From contig CAYFNE010000020.1 in NCBI GenBank assembly GCA_964344355.1, forward strand, positions 120 to 64,119: a stretch of DNA of 64,000 nucleotides, read 5' to 3'. Both the position numbers and the translations under genes were made by a program. This document shows positions 36,453 through 44,977 of the stretch, in pieces (position 1 is the first letter of the stretch; each line of letters starts with the position of its first letter). Origin of the DNA: an uncultured Magnetococcales bacterium (GTDB lineage Bacteria; Pseudomonadota; Magnetococcia; Magnetococcales; CAYFNE01). The notes under the pieces were generated by a model, which saw nothing but the letters and a program-made list of their open reading frames with translations, was not told where the DNA came from and did no database searches.

Positions 36453-38225
36453 ATGGGAAACAAAAGGTTGAAAAGAATGGCGGGCGCCGTGATTCCGGGG
36501 ATGATTCTCTCCCTGATGGCTTTCGCCCCAACGAAGGCGGAGGCCGTCACGGCCTCGAACGTGGCGCCCTGGCAACACGGCACCGAGGTGCCGGCGGGTA
36601 GCCCGACCAAGGATCCGATGCTCCTCTACGGGGCGGGCGGTCTCGACGGCAAGGTTTCGGTGATCGGTCTGCCGAGCATGCGCACCTTCCGTCACATCGA
36701 TGTCGGCGTGGATCTGCACGAACCGGTGTTCAGCGGCACCAACCAGGGCAACAAGAACGGCACCCCGGACGGTAAATATCTGTACGTCAACGACAAGGGC
36801 GCCAACACCGTCGGCGTCATCAATCTGCAGACCGGCTTCCTGGAGCGGCTGATCGCCCTGCCCTTCCCCTTCGGCGTGCATCACATCTCCCTGGACGACA
36901 CCGGTAAAATTCTCTACGCCACCGGTGAGTTGACCGGCAAGATGGCCAAGATCGACATCGCCTCCGGCAAGACCCAGGTGATCGACTGGGGTCCGGCCCC
37001 CAGCGCCCCGGACTATCTGGACGTGGACAAAAAAGGCCGTTATGTCTTCTCCGGCAACTACTACCACTCCACCGTCGGTGTGTTCTCGACCAATCCTTTC
37101 AAGTACATCAAGGAGATCCCGGTCGGCAAGAACCCCCACGGCACCGATGTCATCCCGGAAAGCACCATGGTGATCGTCAGCGACAAGCTGTCCGCCACCA
37201 TGACCGTGATCGATGTGGAAAAGCTGGCGGTCAAGAAGGTTCTGCCCACCTGCGCCGGTCCGCTGCACTCGGTGATGGACGTTTACGACAAGGATGGCGG
37301 CACCTATGAGCCCGGCAAGGACAGCCCCGAGGGACTGACCTCCAAATATGCCTATGAGAGCTGCTTCGTCTCCGACAGTAACGTCAAGATCGATCTGAAA
37401 AAACTGGAAGTGGTCGACGAAATCCCGACCCACTACCGTACCGGTCACATCGCCATCAGCGCCGACAACAAGTATGTCATCGCCCTGAACAAGTTTTCCA
37501 CCGGTCTGTTCAGCCCCACCGGCGTCGTCTTCCCGGTCAACTTCGAGTTGTGGGACGCCCGCGAGGACAGCCCGACCTACGGCAAGACCCTGCGCATCAC
37601 CCCGGTGGACGGCGAGCCGCACAACGCCAAATCCATCCATGCCTATCAGATCAAACGGTGGAACACCGGACAGGCTGAAAAGGGCGGGCTGATCAAAGGC
37701 AACACCCGTCTCATTCATCCGGCCCACCGCGCCAAGGCCAAGGTCTCCTTCCTGCCCAAATCCAAGGAGCGCCCCGGCGTGCGCATGGTTGACGGCGTGA
37801 AAGAGGTTCACTTCAAGGCCTTCAGCTACGGCTACATCCCCCGTCAGGTGCGCGTCAACAAGGGTGACAAGGTTCGCATGTTCGTCACCAACATCGACCG
37901 CGCGTCGGGTATCACCAAAAACCCCGACGTCACCATGGGCCTGACCGTCTACGGTCCCTATGGTCTGCGCACCAACCTCAGCGCCCCGCGTGGCGTGACC
38001 GCGGTTACCGAGTTCGAAGCTGATATCGCTGGCGAATATGCCATCTACTGTCAGCATTTCTGCGGTCCGCTGCATCTGGAGATGCGCGGAACGTTCTTCG
38101 TCGATGATCCCGACAAGGATGATTCCAACCTGGCCGTCGGTGACTATGACAAGGCCCAGAAACTGCCCGGCCTGGTCGAACACGAAGACGAGCTGGAAAT
38201 CGCCCCCCGGGCTCAGGAACTCTGA
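36453..38225 (+). CDS. nosZ: Divergent nitrous-oxide-reductase-like multicopper protein (Sec signal, propeller + CuA cupredoxin)
   Basis: Blocks 'DGKYLYVNDKGANTVGVINL', 'GKNPHGTDV', 'GPLHSVMD', 'YRTGHIAIS', 'GEPHNA' and the CuA motif 'YCQHFCGPLHLEM'. ATG at 36453 preferred over the track TTG at 36432. Confidence 0.8.
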   Translation: MGNKRLKRMAGAVIPGMILSLMAFAPTKAEAVTASNVAPWQHGTEVPAGSPTKDPMLLYGAGGLDGKVSVIGLPSMRTFRHIDVGVDLHEPVFSGTNQGNKNGTPDGKYLYVNDKGANTVGVINLQTGFLERLIALPFPFGVHHISLDDTGKILYATGELTGKMAKIDIASGKTQVIDWGPAPSAPDYLDVDKKGRYVFSGNYYHSTVGVFSTNPFKYIKEIPVGKNPHGTDVIPESTMVIVSDKLSATMTVIDVEKLAVKKVLPTCAGPLHSVMDVYDKDGGTYEPGKDSPEGLTSKYAYESCFVSDSNVKIDLKKLEVVDEIPTHYRTGHIAISADNKYVIALNKFSTGLFSPTGVVFPVNFELWDAREDSPTYGKTLRITPVDGEPHNAKSIHAYQIKRWNTGQAEKGGLIKGNTRLIHPAHRAKAKVSFLPKSKERPGVRMVDGVKEVHFKAFSYGYIPRQVRVNKGDKVRMFVTNIDRASGITKNPDVTMGLTVYGPYGLRTNLSAPRGVTAVTEFEADIAGEYAIYCQHFCGPLHLEMRGTFFVDDPDKDDSNLAVGDYDKAQKLPGLVEHEDELEIAPRAQEL

Positions 38226-38252
38226 TACCGCCCGGACGGGTAACGGCAACAC

Positions 38253-38277
38253 ATCCCCCCTGCATTTCAGGGGGGAT
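38253..38277 (+). other. Stem-loop after the nosZ-like stop (10-bp stem, no U-tract)
   Basis: ATCCCCCCTG-CATTT-CAGGGGGGAT read directly. Possible mRNA-stabilising or attenuating element rather than a full terminator. Confidence 0.4.
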
Positions 38278-38397
38278 CGTATCCGGATCGATGCATGACC
38301 CCGTTTCCCCGCCCTCCCCGCGATGGCGGGGAAACGGCCCGGAACCATAAATTTTATCGATTGGAACAGACGACCCGTGATCGACAAAGCGTTATGG

Positions 38398-38880
38398 ATG
38401 GCGACCCGCCTGGCAACCCTGGTTTTTTCGACCATGATCCTGCTGGGTGGTTGTGGGGAGGGTCCACAGGAGAGCCATAAACCGTTGCCGACGGAAAAAC
38501 CGGAAGCGGTGGTCAGTAAATTTTACGAATATATTTCGGAGGCGGGTATTCGCGGCGGCACCATCCCCATCAAGGAAGCCTACAAGATGGTCAGCCCGGC
38601 GACACGGATGAGCCAGCAACGGTTCGTCGGCATCGTCAAAAAATATCCACCCGGTTTCAAGGCCGAAATCGTCGACAGCCGAATCAAGGAAAAGGAGCGT
38701 CAGGCGGTGGTCACCATCGAATACCGGATGGCCTCCATGTTCGGCAAAGGTTACAAGGTCAGCACCAGACTGCCATTGGTGGTGGATGAGGAAAAAGGGG
38801 TTTGGCTGATCGATTTCACCGGTGAATCAGACGATCAGGATGCGGCGGCCATGAAAAAAAATACGGCGAAGGTGAAATAG
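38398..38880 (+). CDS. Small lipoprotein, unknown function
   Basis: Lipobox 'MILLGGC' after 'MATRLATLVFST'. Soluble alpha+beta-looking domain. ATG at 38398 is in frame within track ORF 38323..38880. Confidence 0.65.
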   Translation: MATRLATLVFSTMILLGGCGEGPQESHKPLPTEKPEAVVSKFYEYISEAGIRGGTIPIKEAYKMVSPATRMSQQRFVGIVKKYPPGFKAEIVDSRIKEKERQAVVTIEYRMASMFGKGYKVSTRLPLVVDEEKGVWLIDFTGESDDQDAAAMKKNTAKVK

Positions 38881-39516
38881 ATGGCCATGGGACTCATCGA
38901 CTGGCTGGAGCAGCGCACCGGCCTGGTGACCTGGCGGAAAAACAAGGGTGACCAGGCCATCCCGGCCCACATGGGTTTTTTGCGTTGTTTCGGTGGCATC
39001 TCCCTGCTGTTCATCATCCTGCAGGTGATTTCCGGCACCTTCATGCTCTTCCATTATCAGCCGCAGCCGCAGGAGGCGCTGAGGAGCATCGAACAGATGA
39101 GCAACGAAGTACCTTTCGGGGCGCTGTTCCGCAACCTGCACCGTTGGGGGGCGACGCTGTTGATGGCGACCATCTTTTCACACATGGTCAGCGTCGGTTT
39201 TCAAAAGGCCTATCGCAACCCGCGTGAATTGAACTGGGTTTCCGGGGTCCTGCAGCTCATCGTCGTTTTTCTGCTGTTGGCCACCGGTCTGTTGTTGCCG
39301 TGGGATTGGCGTTCCTACTGGTCGTTCGCCCTGTGGGTGGACTATCTGGAGACCTGGCCGTTGATCGGTGGTTGGCTGAAAGAGGCCCTGTTGGACAATT
39401 TCACCATCAACCGGGGATTCGTGATCCACATCCTGGTCCTTCCCCTGGTGTTGTTGATCCTGCTCCGGTTCCACTTTGGCATGGTGCGGCGTCACGGCAT
39501 CGCCGAGCCGCTGTAG
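38881..39516 (+). CDS. Cytochrome b6-like dihaem membrane subunit (cytochrome b N-terminal domain)
   Basis: 'LHRWGATLLMATIFSH' (H-x13-H) and 'IHILVLPLVLLILLRFH' (H-x14-H), plus 'LLPWDWRSYW'. Confidence 0.85.
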   Translation: MAMGLIDWLEQRTGLVTWRKNKGDQAIPAHMGFLRCFGGISLLFIILQVISGTFMLFHYQPQPQEALRSIEQMSNEVPFGALFRNLHRWGATLLMATIFSHMVSVGFQKAYRNPRELNWVSGVLQLIVVFLLLATGLLLPWDWRSYWSFALWVDYLETWPLIGGWLKEALLDNFTINRGFVIHILVLPLVLLILLRFHFGMVRRHGIAEPL

Positions 39517-39529
39517 GAGTCGGATCGAT

Positions 39530-40216
39530 ATGGACAGTGACAAAACGTCGCCGGATATGAAGATCGATCCCAAATACGCCGAGCCGTATCCCCAGGCGTT
39601 CTACCGGTTCTGGCCGCGGCACGTGATCATGGTGGTGATCATCGCCGGCGCCTTCATGGGATTGTTGTTTTGGTTGGCCAACCAGTATCCATTGCCGACC
39701 GATCAAAACATGCCGCCGATGCCCGATGAAGGGGCCTATATCCCGGCGCCGGAATGGTATCTGTTCATGCTGTTCCAGCCATTCTGGTATCTGACCGGCG
39801 ACAACGCCTGGTTGCGGCCGCTGGGCACCTTCTGGCTGCCGCTGTTGATCCTGATCGGACTGGTGGCGCTGCCGTTCGTTTTCGGCAGGAAGCGCGCCGC
39901 CGGCGGTCGGATGAAATTGTTGAAACGGTTGGGCATCGGCCTGATCGGCCTGGTGGTCTGGACCGCCGGCATGGCGGCGGTCGGCGGCAGTGGTTATCCG
40001 GCCAAGACCAACGGCTGCATCTCCTGCCACAACCCGATGATGGGGGTCCGGCAGGCGCTGCCGCCGAGCGACATGGGCAAGTTTTACCGGGAAAAGCGGC
40101 AACAGCAGATCGAGGTCGGCCGCTACCGGATTGGCAACACCATGGGAATGGGCGACTCCTACAAGGATGCCAACTGGCAACTGCGGCATTTTTACGAGCC
40201 GACGATGACATGGTAG
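39530..40216 (+). CDS. Subunit-IV-like membrane protein (cytochrome b C-terminal domain) fused to a C-terminal haem c motif
   Basis: 'IPAPEWYLFMLFQPFWYL' PEWY-type segment, three TM segments, 'CISCHN'. ATG at 39530 after GGAG. Confidence 0.75.
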   Translation: MDSDKTSPDMKIDPKYAEPYPQAFYRFWPRHVIMVVIIAGAFMGLLFWLANQYPLPTDQNMPPMPDEGAYIPAPEWYLFMLFQPFWYLTGDNAWLRPLGTFWLPLLILIGLVALPFVFGRKRAAGGRMKLLKRLGIGLIGLVVWTAGMAAVGGSGYPAKTNGCISCHNPMMGVRQALPPSDMGKFYREKRQQQIEVGRYRIGNTMGMGDSYKDANWQLRHFYEPTMTW

Positions 40217-41472
40217 TTCCAAGGAGTGGCGGGACATTCGGCGCTGGAAGCCGGCGGTCCGGGTACGGGCCGATGATGGTCCTGGCGCTATTGGCGGTCG
40301 TGGTGGTCACCCGGGTGACCCCGGTAGAGGCCACGGCGGCGAAAAAGGGGGATTCGATCATCACCGAATATCGGTTGCCCGAGGCGGTCAGTGCCCCATC
40401 GGGCATTGTGGTCGACGTCCCGGGACGGGTCTGGTTCACGGAAAAGATCGGAAAAAGTTTGACTATGTTCGATCCGGAGGGAAAACAATTCGAGGTTCAC
40501 ACCCTCCCCGATACCTGGAAAGGGATCGGGCCGTTGCGCATCGCCCTGGCCCCGGACGGTTCCATCTGGTTCACGGTCCGTCGTTGGGCCGACACCGAAA
40601 CGCCGACCAACCTGTTGGGCCGGTACACGCCGGCCAGCAACCGGTTTGACCGTTTCGACCTGCCCGATGGCATGGTGCCGGAAGATCTGGTGGTGGCTGA
40701 TGATGGCAGCGTCTGGTTTCTGGATCCGGACAGCAACCGGTTGCACCGGTTCCAACCGGAGACGGCGGCCTTGGAGAGTCATGCCATTCCCACCGCCAAC
40801 GGCTATCCGCGGCGCCTGGTACTGGATGGCCAGGGGGCGCTCTGGTTCGCCCAGTCCAATATCAACGGCATCGCCCATTTCGATCCGGTCGGCAAACGGT
40901 TTCAGGAGTACCGGATCCCGACCCCCTTCGCCAATCCGGGGGCGGTGGCGGTCGATGGCGCCGACAATGTCTGGTTCGTGGAGATGACCGCCAACCGTAT
41001 CGGGGTGTTCTACCCGTCGATGCAACGGTTCGACGAGGCCATGGTACCGACGGCGCGCGGTCTGCCCAACGCCATCGCCGCCGACGCCGGCGGCAACATC
41101 TGGTTTCTGGAGTACCGCGGCAACAAGGTGGGACTGTTCCTGCCCAAGGCCGCCGCTTTCCACGAGTTCACCATTCCCACCTATGACAGTCAACCGGGTG
41201 AGATGGCCCTGGATCGTTCGCGCAACCGGCTGTGGTTTTCCCAGGCCAGCACCGAATCGAAAAAGCTGGGACTGCTCGACATCGAGCGGGCGCTGGCGGC
41301 CAGCGCGCATCCACAACCGGAGCTTGACAAGAGCGCCGGAGGGATCGCCCAACGGGCCGCCGACGGCAAACGGTCGCGGGATATGGTCCGCATCCTGATC
41401 ACCATCATGATGGTCATCGTCTTCGTCGCCGGTTATCTCTACTACCGGCGTTTCAACAAGGTGTCACCGTGA
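40210..41472 (+). CDS. Seven-blade Vgb/COG4257-like beta-propeller protein with N-terminal signal and C-terminal TM anchor
   Basis: Repeated 'G..WFTE/WFLE/WFVE' blades (PGRVWFTE, DGSIWFT, DGSVWFLD, GALWFAQ, DNVWFVE, GNIWFLE, NRLWFSQ). Tail 'MVRILITIMMVIVFVAGYLYY'. ATG at 40210 overlaps the upstream stop. The earlier part of track ORF 39754.. overlaps the previous gene. Confidence 0.75.
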   Translation: MVVPRSGGTFGAGSRRSGYGPMMVLALLAVVVVTRVTPVEATAAKKGDSIITEYRLPEAVSAPSGIVVDVPGRVWFTEKIGKSLTMFDPEGKQFEVHTLPDTWKGIGPLRIALAPDGSIWFTVRRWADTETPTNLLGRYTPASNRFDRFDLPDGMVPEDLVVADDGSVWFLDPDSNRLHRFQPETAALESHAIPTANGYPRRLVLDGQGALWFAQSNINGIAHFDPVGKRFQEYRIPTPFANPGAVAVDGADNVWFVEMTANRIGVFYPSMQRFDEAMVPTARGLPNAIAADAGGNIWFLEYRGNKVGLFLPKAAAFHEFTIPTYDSQPGEMALDRSRNRLWFSQASTESKKLGLLDIERALAASAHPQPELDKSAGGIAQRAADGKRSRDMVRILITIMMVIVFVAGYLYYRRFNKVSP

Positions 41473-42473
41473 GGGCGGCGGTCCCCTTCCGGGCCTTGAT
41501 TGCCGCCTCGCTGTTGGCCGGGGCGTTGATGAGCACCGCGGTGGTCCATGCGGCCGCCATCGTTTCCCATCCGCTGCCAACCGCCGTGGCCATGGCGTCG
41601 CAGATCGCCATCGACAAGGCCGGGGATGTTTGGTTCATCGAAGGCAACGCCAATCAGATCGGCCGGTTCCGGTTGGCCGATGGCACGTTCCGTGAGTTCA
41701 AGATTCCGACCCTGGGCAGTCAACCGGCGGACATCACCATCGATGGGACGGGGCACATCTGGTTCACCGAGTCGGACGCCAACCAGTTGGGTCGTTTCGA
41801 CCCGGCCACGGAGGCCTTCACCGAATATGACATCCCCACCATCGACAGCATGCCGACCCGGTTGGTCGCCGCTGGTGGCGCGGTCTGGTTCACCGAATTC
41901 TATGGTAACCGGATCGGTCGTCTGGATACGGCCAGCGGCGCCATCCGCGAATATCCACTGCCGACCGCCGACGCCCAGCCCACCGGCATCACCGTCGATG
42001 ATGCGGGCATCGTCTGGTTCCTGGAAACGCGCGGCAACAAGCTGGGACGCCTGGATCCCGCCGATGGCGGCATCGTCGAGTTCGAGTTGCCCACCCCTTT
42101 TTCGGTGCCGCGCGATTTGATCGCCGCCGGTACCGGCAAGCTTTGGTTCGGGGCGCGCAGCCGGCAACAACTGCTCTCCTTCGACCCGGCCACCAGGCGA
42201 TTCGATACCTTCCCCATTCCCGGCGGCGGCGCCATCGAGGGGTTGGCGGTCAATGATGAGGGGCAGATTCTTTTTTCACTGGGACGCTCTGGCAAACTGG
42301 GACTGTTCGATCCGGTCGGCCAGGCGTTTGCGGCGTTCGACGCCTTGTCCGGGGACAGCCGTCCTTTCGGGATCGATCTCGATCCCCGCGGGAACATCTG
42401 GTTCTCCGACATCGCCAAGAACGCCTTGGTGCGTGTTGATGGTAAAACGGTTTCTCAACTATTAATCCGATAA
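41469..42473 (+). CDS. Second seven-blade Vgb/COG4257-like beta-propeller protein (periplasmic)
   Basis: Signal 'LIAASLLAGALMSTAVVHA'. Blades GDVWFIE, GHIWFTE, GAVWFTE, GIVWFLE, GKLWFG, GQILFS, GNIWFSD. GTGA start/stop overlap. Confidence 0.8.
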   Translation: MRAAVPFRALIAASLLAGALMSTAVVHAAAIVSHPLPTAVAMASQIAIDKAGDVWFIEGNANQIGRFRLADGTFREFKIPTLGSQPADITIDGTGHIWFTESDANQLGRFDPATEAFTEYDIPTIDSMPTRLVAAGGAVWFTEFYGNRIGRLDTASGAIREYPLPTADAQPTGITVDDAGIVWFLETRGNKLGRLDPADGGIVEFELPTPFSVPRDLIAAGTGKLWFGARSRQQLLSFDPATRRFDTFPIPGGGAIEGLAVNDEGQILFSLGRSGKLGLFDPVGQAFAAFDALSGDSRPFGIDLDPRGNIWFSDIAKNALVRVDGKTVSQLLIR

Positions 42474-42508
42474 ATTCTTGCAGCTTTCTTTTGCACGGGG
42501 GCGATACG

Positions 42509-43456
42509 ATGAAACAAAGCAAAAAAATGTTGGTACTTGGAGCCATGAGTCTCGCGGTCTCTTTCACCCTGGCCGGCAGCGCCGAGGCTGCGGACAAGCG
42601 TTGTGTGCTCATGGACAACACCCGGGTCGAGTGCCCGGTCCGGAGCGATGCCGAGTTGGCCAAGGCGGCGGCCGCCTATGAAGCCGAGGCTGATGCCATG
42701 GCCAATGGCCAGTCGGGAAGCACCTACGGCATCGCGCCTTTCGACTACCTGACCGGTGTCGGCAAGCGGGCGAAGGTCGCCGATGGCTACAAGACCGCCA
42801 GCGGTTATGGCCATGATACCGGCAAGGTGGGCACCGAACTGTGGGATCGCGTGAAAAAGCCGGGCTCCGGCGAGACGGTCTACAACCAGTGGACCAACAA
42901 CTGGTCGCCGACCTTCAAGGACACCCTGGTTCCGGGTGCCGATCCCAACGAAGGCAAACAGTGGTACTATGTCTACTGCATCGGCTGCCACGGTTGGCTG
43001 CTCAATGGTGACGGACCCAACGCCGCCGAGTTGGATCCCAAACCGCGCGTCCTGACCGATGGTTCCTACATGAACAAAAAGTCCAACCTGCAACTGTTCC
43101 AGGTCATCAAGGGTGGTGGTGAAGCGGTCAGCCTCTCCCCGGTCATGCCCTCCTGGGGCAACTATCTGCAGGATCAGGACATCTGGAACATCGTCGCCTG
43201 GCTCCGCGCCATGGCCGATGTCAAACCGCCCACATCCGTCGAAGAGTACCTGAGCCCGAAATCCTCCTTCAAGCCGATCGCCGGTGACATCACGCCGCTG
43301 ACCGCCGCCAAGAACGATGATTTCCAAGAGGCCCAGGAGATGATGGAAGCCGGTGTCGCCGGCCGTGGCGGAGCCATCAAGGGCGCCGGTTATGTGGAAG
43401 GCGGCATGCGCAAGCCCCCGACCCACGTCAAATCCAAGGTCAAACAGGGATACTGA
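42509..43456 (+). CDS. Periplasmic monohaem cytochrome c with an N-terminal domain of unknown function
   Basis: Signal 'MKQSKKMLVLGAMSLAVSFTLAGSAEA', 'YCIGCHG', distal 'SPVMPSWG'. Confidence 0.85.
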   Translation: MKQSKKMLVLGAMSLAVSFTLAGSAEAADKRCVLMDNTRVECPVRSDAELAKAAAAYEAEADAMANGQSGSTYGIAPFDYLTGVGKRAKVADGYKTASGYGHDTGKVGTELWDRVKKPGSGETVYNQWTNNWSPTFKDTLVPGADPNEGKQWYYVYCIGCHGWLLNGDGPNAAELDPKPRVLTDGSYMNKKSNLQLFQVIKGGGEAVSLSPVMPSWGNYLQDQDIWNIVAWLRAMADVKPPTSVEEYLSPKSSFKPIAGDITPLTAAKNDDFQEAQEMMEAGVAGRGGAIKGAGYVEGGMRKPPTHVKSKVKQGY

Positions 43457-43466
43457 GTTCCAGGCC

Positions 43467-44765
43467 TTGTTGAAACACCGTTTTCAGCCGTCATCGGGCA
43501 CCCCCTCCCCCGGGAAGGGGTGCCCTTTTTTCATTTTTTTTCTGCTATTACCCCTATTTTCCGGATTGATCCAGGGCTGTTCGGATGAGACCGGCAACGA
43601 CCGCCTGGCCGGTAATGAACCGGGATTGAATCTCAACGATCCCAACCAACGGCCAGATTGGATGGCGGCGCCGGTGGAAGAACCGGCCGATCCCGCCCGG
43701 GCCATGCCCGCTGCCGACGAAGAGCGCCAACTGTTGATCGGCGTCATCGGTCCGGAGAGCGGTGCCGAGGCCCATTTCGGTCTGCAAACCCTGGACGGGG
43801 TGCAGCGGGCGGCGAAACGGTTCAACGCCGCCGGCGGCATCGGCGGCAAACCGATCGAAATCATCCACGCGGACAATCAGGATGATTTGACCGCCACCGA
43901 AACCATCATCAACGATTTTATTCAAAAACGGGTGGTGGCCATCATCGCCGCCCCGACCGGCTGGTCGACCTTCGGTCCCACGCGGCTGGCCAACCGCTCC
44001 CACACCCTGTTCATGGCCGTCGGTTCCCGGCGGCGCATCGCCCACAGCGGTGATTATGTTTTCCATCTCGCCCTGCCGGTGGAAGCGGCGACCGGGCAGG
44101 TCATCGCCCGGGCCGCCAGCGGGTTGACCGATCGCCATTTCGCCCTGGTCAGCTCGTCGGTGCATGTCCACTCCCTGAAAACCGCTTCAGCCTTCAAACA
44201 GGCCATCGGCAAACAGGAGGGCCGGGTGGTCCTGGAGGCCGATCTGTATGACAGCTATTCGGGTACGATCAACATCGACACCGTGATCCAGGCGTTGCGC
44301 GGCAGCGCCACCCCCTTCGAAGCGGTGGTATTCACCGGTGGCGCCGAAGAGGGAGCGCTGCTGGCCAAGGCCATGCGTGGGGCCGGACTCCGACAACCGT
44401 TGATCGGCGGTGAAGACCTGTTTTCGGAAACCTTTCTGAAAACCGGCGCCGAGGCGGTGACCGGTACCCTGCTCTATGGTTCCTTCGACCCGAAACAGCC
44501 CTACGCGACCGGTGACGGCGACACGCCGACCAACCGGTTTTCGGCCCTGGCCCACGATGCTTTTTCAATAATCGCCACCGCCATCGGAACTTCCGGCAAC
44601 ACGAAACCCTCAAAGGTGCGCGAAACGCTCCTGGCCACCACCGGTTTTTCCGGAGTTACCGGAAAAACCCGCTTCACCGAGGCGGGCGAACCGATCAAAC
44701 GACCGTTTCTGTACCGTGTCGAACGCAACGCCGATGGCCTCGTCTTCACCCGTTTAATGGACTAA
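43467..44765 (+). CDS. Periplasmic solute-binding protein (LivK/Peripla_BP_6-like), probable lipoprotein
   Basis: 'LLIGVIGPESGAEAHFGLQTLDGVQRAAKRFNAAGGIGGKPIEIIHADNQDD'. Lipobox-like 'FSGLIQGC'. No ATG or GTG precedes the hydrophobic segment, so a TTG at 43467/43470 is proposed. The first ATG (43662) would remove the signal peptide. Confidence 0.6.
   Translation: MLKHRFQPSSGTPSPGKGCPFFIFFLLLPLFSGLIQGCSDETGNDRLAGNEPGLNLNDPNQRPDWMAAPVEEPADPARAMPAADEERQLLIGVIGPESGAEAHFGLQTLDGVQRAAKRFNAAGGIGGKPIEIIHADNQDDLTATETIINDFIQKRVVAIIAAPTGWSTFGPTRLANRSHTLFMAVGSRRRIAHSGDYVFHLALPVEAATGQVIARAASGLTDRHFALVSSSVHVHSLKTASAFKQAIGKQEGRVVLEADLYDSYSGTINIDTVIQALRGSATPFEAVVFTGGAEEGALLAKAMRGAGLRQPLIGGEDLFSETFLKTGAEAVTGTLLYGSFDPKQPYATGDGDTPTNRFSALAHDAFSIIATAIGTSGNTKPSKVRETLLATTGFSGVTGKTRFTEAGEPIKRPFLYRVERNADGLVFTRLMD
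43496..43531 (+). terminator. Rho-independent-terminator-like hairpin
   Basis: GGGCACCCC-(12 nt)-GGGGTGCCC followed by TTTTTT, 40 nt after the cytochrome c stop. It overlaps the putative signal-peptide codons of the next gene. Confidence 0.5.
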
Positions 44766-44977
44766 ACGTATCGACCGTCTGAAAGCCGGACCGGTTGGTG
44801 AAAAAGCCGCTACACGCCCAAAATGAATGACTACGCCGCTTTTTTTCCGTTGACCACCCGGTCCCGATCGGGCCAAAACAACCCCCGAAATCGGCCGACC
44901 CATGAATACGGCAACGACCTGCCGATGATGACGACGATCGACGCCCCACCCGTAACAGCCTGCAAGGAGTTGAAAGA

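Noticed and set aside
39754-40209. N-terminal 152 aa of track ORF 39754..41472.
   Set aside because: It overlaps the subunit-IV/haem c gene in another frame and is Arg/Gly/Pro-rich. The propeller protein has a proper signal-like N-terminus from ATG 40210.
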